Notes under the pieces: model-generated
Seen by the model: the letters and a program-made list of their open reading frames with translations, nothing else
Told to the model about the DNA's origin: nothing
Database searches by the model: none
Shown here: positions 8,546-16,368 of the stretch, in pieces
Position numbering within the stretch: the stretch's first letter is position 1
Layout of the letters: the number at the start of each line of letters is the position of its first letter
Assembly: GCA_027074135.1 (NCBI GenBank)
Contig: JALTDM010000023.1
Coordinates: 1-36,209, forward strand
DNA from: Bacteroidales bacterium
GTDB taxonomy: Bacteria > Bacteroidota > Bacteroidia > Bacteroidales > JALTDM01
Direction of reading: 5' to 3'
DNA length: 36,209 bases
Made by a program: the position numbers and the translations under genes

Positions 8546-10048
8546 TTAATTTATAGTTTGACTTAATGATAACACATCGTTAATATAAGAACCTTTATCC
8601 AACAATGTTGCAGATGCTTTATGCAACACTCCGGTTATAACATCCGGATAAAATCCGACAATCAATATTATTGCACCTAGTACCAACATAGAGAACATTG
8701 CTTGTGGAGTAGGTTTCGTTATTCCCAAATCTGTATCTCTTTTTACAAAATAAATTCTGTTTACTACTCTTAAATAATATATCACTTCTATTAAACTTAT
8801 TGAAAGAATCAAAGCAATAATCAAAAGCATACCGGAATCTGCTGCTGCAGTAAGCACAGCCAATTTACTCCAGAAACCTGCAAATGGTGGGAACCCCACA
8901 ATGGCAAAAGCTCCAAGTGCAAATAAAAATGATGTTACCGGCATCATTTTGCCTACACCATTGAGTTCTGATATATATTTATTTTTAGACTTATAAACTA
9001 AATAGCTACCTGACATGAAAAGTAAAGACTTAATGATAGCATGATTAAACATGAGGAAAAGCGCTGCATAAACACCTTCTTCCTTTCCAATCCCGAATGC
9101 TACCAACACAAGTCCCATTTGTCCAATACTGGAATATGCCAACATCCTTTTAAGCTTTGTTTGACTAAATGCTGCAAATTCAGCAAAAAACATAGTAATT
9201 AAGCCCATCACAATCAGATATTCATAAGTTCCTCCAACTTCAAACAATGTATAAATAAGCCTAATAACAGTGTACAATCCTGCTTTAACCACAATTCCGG
9301 CAAAAGCGGCTCCAACAGGTGCCGGTGCTTGAGAATAAGCATCTGGTGCCCACCCATTCAACGGGAACATTTCGGCTTCAATACCAAATGCTACTAAAAA
9401 TAATACCAGTGCTGTTATTTTATAAACAGGTTTTAATTCATGAGCTTTCACAGCTATATCTGCCATATTTAATGTGCCCAATTGAGAATAAATAATCATT
9501 ATTGCTAAAAGCAAAAATGTTGAAGACAAAGAACCAATAAACAAATACTTAAATGATGCTTCTGCACCGTCTCGATGACGATAATAAGCAGTAAGTCCAT
9601 AAGCAGTGATACCTAAAATTTCGATAAACACAAACAAGTTGAATATATCACCGGTTAAAACTACACCTACAGATGCTGTAATCATCATCATCAGAAGTAA
9701 ATAATACTTCAACGTAGGTTCATAGTCATCATAATCTTCAAAAGTTTGATACCTGTATGAATAAATCCATACAAGCAATCCCATAAACAACATTAATGTT
9801 GCCAAGAAACCACTAAAAGGAGAAAATACTAAATCAATTCCCCAAGGTGGTGTCCATCCGGCAATTACTTCAACTACTCTTCCGTGTTCAATGGTGTAGT
9901 TCAATAAATCTACAGATAAATATAACAAATACAGTATAACTACACCAGGAGTTATTCTCACTAACTCTTTCCATGCCTTTCCCAACAGCGGAATCAAAAA
10001 AGCCGCAAACAATGGGATGGCTATCAATTGTACAGGTGATCCTACCAT
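8546..10048 (-). CDS. mbxH: MbxH antiporter-like (MrpD/MnhD) subunit
   Basis: GWTPPWGI, TGDIFNLFVFIEI, EASFKY, FPLNGWAPDAY, KRMLAYSSIGQMG and GFPPFAGFWSK. Confidence 0.9.
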   Translation of the reverse strand: MVGSPVQLIAIPLFAAFLIPLLGKAWKELVRITPGVVILYLLYLSVDLLNYTIEHGRVVEVIAGWTPPWGIDLVFSPFSGFLATLMLFMGLLVWIYSYRYQTFEDYDDYEPTLKYYLLLMMMITASVGVVLTGDIFNLFVFIEILGITAYGLTAYYRHRDGAEASFKYLFIGSLSSTFLLLAIMIIYSQLGTLNMADIAVKAHELKPVYKITALVLFLVAFGIEAEMFPLNGWAPDAYSQAPAPVGAAFAGIVVKAGLYTVIRLIYTLFEVGGTYEYLIVMGLITMFFAEFAAFSQTKLKRMLAYSSIGQMGLVLVAFGIGKEEGVYAALFLMFNHAIIKSLLFMSGSYLVYKSKNKYISELNGVGKMMPVTSFLFALGAFAIVGFPPFAGFWSKLAVLTAAADSGMLLIIALILSISLIEVIYYLRVVNRIYFVKRDTDLGITKPTPQAMFSMLVLGAIILIVGFYPDVITGVLHKASATLLDKGSYINDVLSLSQTIN

Positions 10049-10419
10049 TTTAAATTCTTTATTTCGTCAATATTAACTGTTTTATGATGTCTGTATAGTC
10101 TGATAACTAATGCCAATGCCACTGCTGTTACTGCAAATCCTATAACAATAGCTGTAAGAACCAATGCTTGTGGCACAGGATCAACCATAGCAGGATTTTT
10201 GTCTATCACAGCAGGTGAAAAAATAGGAGCTGTTCCTCCTTTCAAATACCCAATTGAAACTAATAATAAATTTATACCAGAATCAACAATGGACAATCCG
10301 ATTAGAATTTTAATTAAAGACCTTTTTACCAATGCGGCATAAAGCCCAATTAATATCAAAGCTATTGCCGTACCGTAAAAGGTCACCGTCAACAGATCCA
10401 GATTACTTCCTAAACTCAT
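10042..10419 (-). CDS. mbxG: MbxG (MrpC/MnhC-like) subunit
   Basis: LIKILIGL, GGTAPI and VDPVPQALVLTAIVIG. Confidence 0.92.
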   Translation of the reverse strand: MSLGSNLDLLTVTFYGTAIALILIGLYAALVKRSLIKILIGLSIVDSGINLLLVSIGYLKGGTAPIFSPAVIDKNPAMVDPVPQALVLTAIVIGFAVTAVALALVIRLYRHHKTVNIDEIKNLKW

Positions 10420-10422
10420 AAC

Positions 10423-11127
10423 TTATGATTTTTTATATTCTTTTTCGTTTAACATAGTGTAAAGCACTCCTGTTAATTCAGCTCCAACCTTAAAACCTAC
10501 TGCAATGTAAATTATAGGTATAATTCCTCCACTAAACAGGTCATTTATTGTTCCGATAGGTAAAAAATTTTCCAAAAAAGTTTTCCCTAAAATTAAACCA
10601 GTCAAACCTAAAGAAGCAAACGTAAGTCCGGCTAACGATTCCACCCATGTTAAAACTCCATGACTTACTTTATAATCATGGTATGCCAACAACATTAATA
10701 AAAATCCCGTAGCGATAATTGTTCCACCTTGAAAACCTCCCCCTGGAGATAAATGTCCATGTATAAAAACATAAGCTCCAAGAAGTAGTATTGGAGCAAA
10801 TAATAAATGTGCTCCAGACCTTACAATAGTACTTGCATTAAAAAGTACAGCTTCCCCATGTGCTTTCCTTCTATACAAAACACTACCCAAAGCAGTAGCT
10901 GCCAGAAATAAAACGGTAACTTCACCTAGAGTATCAAATCCTCTGAAGTTTACAACTATTGAAGTTACACTATTTGAGACATGAAGGTCATTTTTTGATT
11001 TATCCAAATAAAAGTCCCTTACATTTTCCCCTTGGAATCTATTTTCACCAAATTTTATTTGAGAAAAAACGTCAACCAAATAATAAGCAACCACAGCCAA
11101 TAATATAAGAACTATAACTTTTTTCAT
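10423..11127 (-). CDS. mbxE: MbxE (MrpB/MnhB-like, MbhE+F fused) subunit
   Basis: N.VTSIVVNFRGFDTLGEVTVLF and HGHLSPGGGFQGG. Confidence 0.9.
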   Translation of the reverse strand: MKKVIVLILLAVVAYYLVDVFSQIKFGENRFQGENVRDFYLDKSKNDLHVSNSVTSIVVNFRGFDTLGEVTVLFLAATALGSVLYRRKAHGEAVLFNASTIVRSGAHLLFAPILLLGAYVFIHGHLSPGGGFQGGTIIATGFLLMLLAYHDYKVSHGVLTWVESLAGLTFASLGLTGLILGKTFLENFLPIGTINDLFSGGIIPIIYIAVGFKVGAELTGVLYTMLNEKEYKKS

Positions 11128-11411
11128 TTTTTAATGATTTTATTTCCTATTTTAACATGTCTTTTATCTTCGTGCCTTTCGGTATTACGAATAGTAATAA
11201 CAAAAACAATTGTAGTCAAAGCAACACCTATAGCCGCTTCTGTAAGCGCTACATCAGGAGCTTGTAACACATAAAAGAAAATAGAAAGAATAAGGCTTAT
11301 TACAGATGTTGCAATTACGGCATAGAGCAAATCTTTTTGTATAACTGCATATATTGCAGCACCTATTTGCAATATTGCCATTATAATGATACTGATAGTT
11401 AAAATATCCAT
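11124..11411 (-). CDS. mbxD: MbxD (DUF4040 / MrpA C-terminal-like) subunit
   Basis: LQAPDVALTEAAIG motif, three TMs, ATGA overlap with the next gene. Confidence 0.88.
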   Translation of the reverse strand: MDILTISIIIMAILQIGAAIYAVIQKDLLYAVIATSVISLILSIFFYVLQAPDVALTEAAIGVALTTIVFVITIRNTERHEDKRHVKIGNKIIKK

Positions 11412-11422
11412 AATTCGACCTC

Positions 11423-11776
11423 CTAATTATTTTCGTTACGTTCTACAACTTCTTTATATGCATCCAAATCCTCTTCTTTACCTTTAAAGAAAGGTTTAAT
11501 TTTAGATTTATAAGCACTTCTTGCCAAAGCATGTGAACTAATCGGATTTGATAAAGCTATAAAAATTACCAAAATCAAAGATTTCCAAAACCAATCTGGT
11601 TGAATTAGCCCTACACCTATAATTAATGACATGCCTCCAAGAGTGGTAGCTTTAGTTCCGGCTTGAAGTCTATTATATACATCTGGCATACGATATATAC
11701 CTAATGCACCTAAAAATAAGAAAATGCTACCTATTATAATTAATATTAAACCGAGAATTTCCAATATTTGATTCAT
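11423..11776 (-). CDS. mbxC: MbxC (MrpG/MnhG-like) subunit
   Basis: G..RMPDVYNRLQAGTKATTLG and NPISSHALARSAY. Confidence 0.92.
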   Translation of the reverse strand: MNQILEILGLILIIIGSIFLFLGALGIYRMPDVYNRLQAGTKATTLGGMSLIIGVGLIQPDWFWKSLILVIFIALSNPISSHALARSAYKSKIKPFFKGKEEDLDAYKEVVERNENN

Positions 11777-12042
11777 AACGCGTCCTCCAAATATCTAGCA
11801 ATTACTAATACACCTACAAAACCTAAAACACCGTAAACTAATGCAACATCAAGGTAAATAAATCTTTGGTACAAATATCCCAATAAGACCAAAGCTCCAA
11901 CCCCAATGGTAGTAAGAGTATCCACGGCTACCGTCCTGTCTGCAGCAGTCGGACCTTTTATAAATCTGATGAATCCAAAAATCATCGCTAATATTATAAA
12001 CCCGAATGCAACTAAAATCGTAATGTCCTTAAATGCTTCCAT
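11773..12042 (-). CDS. mbxB: MbxB (MrpF/MnhF-like) subunit
   Basis: R..KGPTAADR.VAVD and YLDVALVY..LGFVG....ARYLE. Confidence 0.92.
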   Translation of the reverse strand: MEAFKDITILVAFGFIILAMIFGFIRFIKGPTAADRTVAVDTLTTIGVGALVLLGYLYQRFIYLDVALVYGVLGFVGVLVIARYLEDAL

Positions 12043-12557
12043 TATTCAAAAATTTTTAACAATATTTTTTCGAAAGTTTCAGCTATATCCTTAAAAGCTT
12101 GTTCCGGATCTGTATTTTTAACATCAATCCAGTGTATATAAATATAATCATCAACAATATCTACAGACAATGTACCGGGAGTAAGGGTTATACTATTTGC
12201 CAAAACCATTTTTGCATAATTAGTTTTCAGCTTTGTTCTAATTTTAACAATACCCGGATTTATCGGCAAAGAAGGCGAAATAACTCTGCGTGCCACATCA
12301 AAGTTTGCCTTAATCATTTCAATAATGAAAACAATTATATACTTAATTACGTTATATAGCTTTCCCGGAGCTAAAAACGAAAAAGTACAACAATCAAAAA
12401 ACCTTAACGTAAATAAGGCGACTAACATAGTTGTCGCAGCACCTACCAGCACTTCTTGTATTTCTAATGTTGATGTAAATGCCAACCAAACAAGGAAAAG
12501 CAACGCCCAACTTAAAAAGAAGTGCATCACCTTAGCCGAAAATGTACTCTCTTTCAT
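12042..12557 (-). CDS. mbxA: MbxA (MrpE/MnhE-like) subunit
   Basis: KANFDVARRV..P.LPINPGIV, LANSITLTPGTL and YIHWIDV. ATG at 12557 is preferred over TTG at 12578. Confidence 0.9.
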   Translation of the reverse strand: MKESTFSAKVMHFFLSWALLFLVWLAFTSTLEIQEVLVGAATTMLVALFTLRFFDCCTFSFLAPGKLYNVIKYIIVFIIEMIKANFDVARRVISPSLPINPGIVKIRTKLKTNYAKMVLANSITLTPGTLSVDIVDDYIYIHWIDVKNTDPEQAFKDIAETFEKILLKIFE

Positions 12558-12801
12558 AAAATTTTGTGTTATTAGCAATTATTTTTTCGGCATAAATATA
12601 ATTCTTTACAGAAATCAAAAAAGTGTTTTATAACAAATTTTATTTTATATAAACTTTAAGATGCCTAAAATCCGCAAAATACCGTAAAACAGAACATGTT
12701 CAAACATTAAACCCTACGCAAATAATACTTAAAAACATTTAACGTAAAAACCCTAATAGTTAAAAACCTTAAAACAAAAATTATTTACTATAAAAAAAAT
12801 G

Positions 12802-12809
12802 TACTTTTG
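12802..12809 (+). promoter_or_regulatory. Bacteroidota -7 promoter element (TACTTTTG)
   Basis: TAnnTTTG consensus about 30 nt upstream of the M16 protease ATG, followed by an A-rich leader without a Shine-Dalgarno sequence. Confidence 0.6.
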
Positions 12810-12837
12810 TGATTGGAATAAAAAAAAATGAAAAAAA

Positions 12838-15657
12838 ATGAAAAAATTAATTACTAATGCTTTTTTACCATTATTATTAATTCTGTTCTCATTCGGAGCG
12901 GTGGCCCAAGATTTTAGAATGTCCGACAAACTGCCGCAAGATCCTAATGTTATAACAGGTAAACTAGACAATGGTATAACTTATTATGTAAAACACAATT
13001 CAGAACCGAAAAATAGAGCGAGTCTTATGCTTGTGGTCAATGCGGGTTCCGTGCTGGAAGATGACGACCAACAAGGATTAGCTCACTTTTGTGAACACAT
13101 GGCTTTCAACGGAACAAAAAATTTTCCCAAACACAAATTGATTCAATTTCTAGAATCCATAGGCATGAAATTCGGTGCGGACTTGAATGCTTATACTTCA
13201 TTTGACGAAACAGTATACACAATAGAAGTTCCGCTAGATACTATTTCAAATCTGGATACCGGTTTAATGATTTTAAATGACTGGGCACATAATGTTTCAT
13301 ACGAAACTGAAGAAATAAATAAAGAAAGAGGGGTTATTCATGAAGAATGGCGTTTGGGTAGAGGGGCTCAAGATCGCTTAATGAGAAAAACATTCCCGAC
13401 AATGCTTTACGGCTCAAAATATGCCCAAAGAATTCCAATAGGTAAACCTGAAATTTTTGATAAATGCCCACCAGATAACTTAAGAAGATTTTATAACGAT
13501 TGGTATAGGCCTGATTTAGAGGCAGTAATAGTTGTTGGAGATTTTGATGCAAAAAAAGTAGCAGAACAAGTAAAAAAATTATTCTCTCAAATACCAAAGC
13601 GGACACAAGAAAGACCTAGAGTTTATCCTCCGATACCAGGACATAAAGATATAAAAGTAAAAGTAGCAACCGACCCGGAAACTCCTTACTCCATGATAGA
13701 AATTCTTTACAAATTGCCTATGGAAAAAACTGTTACTTATGCCGATTACAAAAAAGATCTCGCAAAAAATTTGTTTAACGTAATGATTAATCAACGTTTA
13801 CAAGAAAAAACTATCAAACCGGAATGTCCATATAATATGGCTTTCTCATTTTACTCACATTTATTAGGTAAAAGAGACGCTTTTATGTCTTATGCTATTG
13901 CCAAGAACAACAAAATCACGGAAGCATTAAAGACTGTCTTAGAAGAAAATCAAAGAGTAAAGCAACACGGGTTCACTCCCAGTGAATTGGACAGGGCTAA
14001 AAAAACGTTACTCAAACAAATTGAAAAACAATATAACGAAAGGAACAAAACTAAATCTGACATTTTTATTTCACAATATCACCAAAATTTCGGTATAACT
14101 CATGAACCGATTTTGTCTCTTGAACAAGAATACAATATTTCAAAAAAACTTGTACCCGACATTAAATTAGAAGATGTAAACAAGTTTGCAAAACAATGGA
14201 TAATAGATTCAAACATGGTGGTTATTGTTACTGCACCAGAAAAGAAAGGTGTAAAAGTTCCTACAGAAGATGAAGTATTAAAAATTGTACAAGAAGTAAA
14301 AAAAGAAAAATTGGCACCATATAAAGATGAAGCCGTTAATAAACCATTAATCAGCGAAACAATAAAACCAGGAAAGGTTGTAAAAAAAGAAAAAGATAAA
14401 AAAACCGGAACAATTACTTGGACTTTAAGTAACGGAATAAAAGTAGTATTAAAACCAACCGACTTTAAAGATGATGATGTTGAAATGAGTTCATACAGTG
14501 AGGGCGGATATTCATCATATTCATTAGAAGATAATGTTTCTGCAAGAATTGCAGATGATGTTATTTTGGAAAGCGGAGTTGGAGATTTTAACAAAGTACA
14601 ACTTACAAAATACCTATCTGATAAACAAGTAAGTGTTACTCCTTATATAGGTTTAAATTTTGAAGGCATAAAAGGAACAAGTACTGTAACTGACTTTGAA
14701 ACAATGCTTCAACTAACATACCTTTACTTCATGCATCCACGCTACGACAAAGAAGCTTATGAAGCATATATGGAAAAGACTAAAGATTTCTTAAAAAACA
14801 AATCTAATGACCCTCAATCAGTTTGGAGCGACAGCATAAATATGGTATTACACAGTAGGAGCAAATATGTAGAACCGTTAACACTGGATTTATTGAAAAA
14901 AGCAGATTATAAAAAAGTTCACAAAATCTACCGTGAAAGATTTGAAGATCCTGCAAGTTTCACATTTACCTTTGTCGGCAACATAGATGTTAAAAAAATG
15001 AAACCTCTTATTGAAAAATATTTAGGTGGACTCCCTGCTGACAAAAAAGATGAAAAATTTAAAGATGTTGGAGCACAATTACCTGTAGGGGAAGTCGTAA
15101 AATCAATAGCCCAAAAGGGTACTGACCAAAAGAGCTTAGATTATATGGTATATACAGGAAACGCAGAATATTCATTAGAAAACGCATTACTAATGAAAGC
15201 TGTATCAGAAATTTTCACGGATCGTTTACTGGATTCTATTAGAGAAGAAAAGGCCATAACATACAGCATATCAGCACATGCAGGTTACTCACTATTTCCT
15301 AAAAATCAATATGGTATTTATATTTTCTTTAGCTGTGCTCCTGACACTGTAGATTATATAGTAGAAAATATCAAGCAAATTGCCACAAGTCTGAAGAATG
15401 TAAAAAATATTAGTGATAATGATTTTAAGAAAACAATAGAAAAATTAGATAAAGAATATGAAGTAAATATTAGGGATAATAAATATTGGTTATACCAATT
15501 GGAAAAATATGAAAAATTAGGGCAATACCCCGATTTTGTAACCCGATACAATTCAATAATAAAAAGTTTAACAAAAGAAAAAATAGCCGAAGCTGCAAAA
15601 CGTTTCTTGAATAATAACAGCTATGCGGTAATATCGCTACAACCCGAGAAAAAATAA
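12838..15657 (+). CDS. pqqL: M16 family (insulinase/PqqL-like) secreted zinc protease
   Basis: Signal peptide, inverted Zn motif AHFCEHMAFNGT, NAYTSFDETVY, ERGVIHEEWR, WYRPD and a duplicated M16 architecture. Confidence 0.9.
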   Translation: MKKLITNAFLPLLLILFSFGAVAQDFRMSDKLPQDPNVITGKLDNGITYYVKHNSEPKNRASLMLVVNAGSVLEDDDQQGLAHFCEHMAFNGTKNFPKHKLIQFLESIGMKFGADLNAYTSFDETVYTIEVPLDTISNLDTGLMILNDWAHNVSYETEEINKERGVIHEEWRLGRGAQDRLMRKTFPTMLYGSKYAQRIPIGKPEIFDKCPPDNLRRFYNDWYRPDLEAVIVVGDFDAKKVAEQVKKLFSQIPKRTQERPRVYPPIPGHKDIKVKVATDPETPYSMIEILYKLPMEKTVTYADYKKDLAKNLFNVMINQRLQEKTIKPECPYNMAFSFYSHLLGKRDAFMSYAIAKNNKITEALKTVLEENQRVKQHGFTPSELDRAKKTLLKQIEKQYNERNKTKSDIFISQYHQNFGITHEPILSLEQEYNISKKLVPDIKLEDVNKFAKQWIIDSNMVVIVTAPEKKGVKVPTEDEVLKIVQEVKKEKLAPYKDEAVNKPLISETIKPGKVVKKEKDKKTGTITWTLSNGIKVVLKPTDFKDDDVEMSSYSEGGYSSYSLEDNVSARIADDVILESGVGDFNKVQLTKYLSDKQVSVTPYIGLNFEGIKGTSTVTDFETMLQLTYLYFMHPRYDKEAYEAYMEKTKDFLKNKSNDPQSVWSDSINMVLHSRSKYVEPLTLDLLKKADYKKVHKIYRERFEDPASFTFTFVGNIDVKKMKPLIEKYLGGLPADKKDEKFKDVGAQLPVGEVVKSIAQKGTDQKSLDYMVYTGNAEYSLENALLMKAVSEIFTDRLLDSIREEKAITYSISAHAGYSLFPKNQYGIYIFFSCAPDTVDYIVENIKQIATSLKNVKNISDNDFKKTIEKLDKEYEVNIRDNKYWLYQLEKYEKLGQYPDFVTRYNSIIKSLTKEKIAEAAKRFLNNNSYAVISLQPEKK

Positions 15658-15672
15658 AAAGGAGTAATAAAT

Positions 15673-15709
15673 AAAAAAGGGGCTGTATGAAATGGACAGC
15701 CCCTTTTTT
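15673..15709. terminator. Bidirectional Rho-independent terminator
   Basis: AAAAAAGGGGCTGT / ACAGCCCCTTTTTT stem between the convergent M16 protease and arsC genes. Confidence 0.85.
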
Positions 15710-15757
15710 ATATTAACAAGTTTTATTTTACCGAACTTATATACAAAATCCGGTAAT

Positions 15758-16174
15758 CTAATCTCCAAAAAAATCAAAAAGCCATTCTTTTATTTCATCA
15801 CGACTGCGGCGGAATGCTTCTAATTTTTCTTCGTCAGTTCCTTGTGTTCCTGACGGATCTTTAAATTCCTTGTGTACATAATTCTTGCCTCCAGGAAAAA
15901 ACGGACAAGTTTCTTTTGCATTATCACAAACTGTTATCACATAATCAAATGTATCATTCTCAAACTCATATACTGTTTTTGACTGATGGTGTGAAATATC
16001 TATTCCTAATTCTGACATCGCTTTTATTGCAAACAGTTTTACAAAAGTAGCCTCTGTACCAGCACTATATGCATTAAGTTTATCTCCGAAAAAATAATTA
16101 GCCAATCCTTCTGCCATTTGAGATCTAGCAGAATTATGAGTGCATATAAATAATACTTTCAATTTATCAGTCAT
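15758..16174 (-). CDS. arsC: Arsenate reductase ArsC (LMW-PTP fold, thioredoxin type)
   Basis: VLFICTHNSARSQMAEG P-loop, VITVCDNAKETCP and F.DP; ATG at 16174. Confidence 0.85.
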   Translation of the reverse strand: MTDKLKVLFICTHNSARSQMAEGLANYFFGDKLNAYSAGTEATFVKLFAIKAMSELGIDISHHQSKTVYEFENDTFDYVITVCDNAKETCPFFPGGKNYVHKEFKDPSGTQGTDEEKLEAFRRSRDEIKEWLFDFFGD

Positions 16175-16176
16175 AT

Positions 16177-16368
16177 TCAAGATATTTTATTTGTAGTTAT
16201 GTGGTTTATTTTCCCGTTCTTTAAATCTTTTAGTTGGCATGTAGAATTACCACACATACTGCATGGATTAACATCTTTTCTAAACAACCCAACAACCTTC
16301 CACAGCTGCCTGAAAGCTAAACTGAAAGCGACAAAAACTATTATCCACGCAACTATATCATAAATCAT
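16177..16368 (-). CDS. FeoB-associated Cys-rich small membrane protein (63 aa)
   Basis: ATG at 16368 overlaps the feoB TGA (ATGA). One N-terminal TM followed by CSMCGNSTC. Confidence 0.75.
   Translation of the reverse strand: MIYDIVAWIIVFVAFSLAFRQLWKVVGLFRKDVNPCSMCGNSTCQLKDLKNGKINHITTNKIS

Noticed and set aside
1675-12557. Canonical complex I plus a separate Mrp antiporter
   Set aside because: There is no NuoA/J/K/E/F/G and no full-length MrpA; gene order and motifs match the single Mbx/MBS complex.
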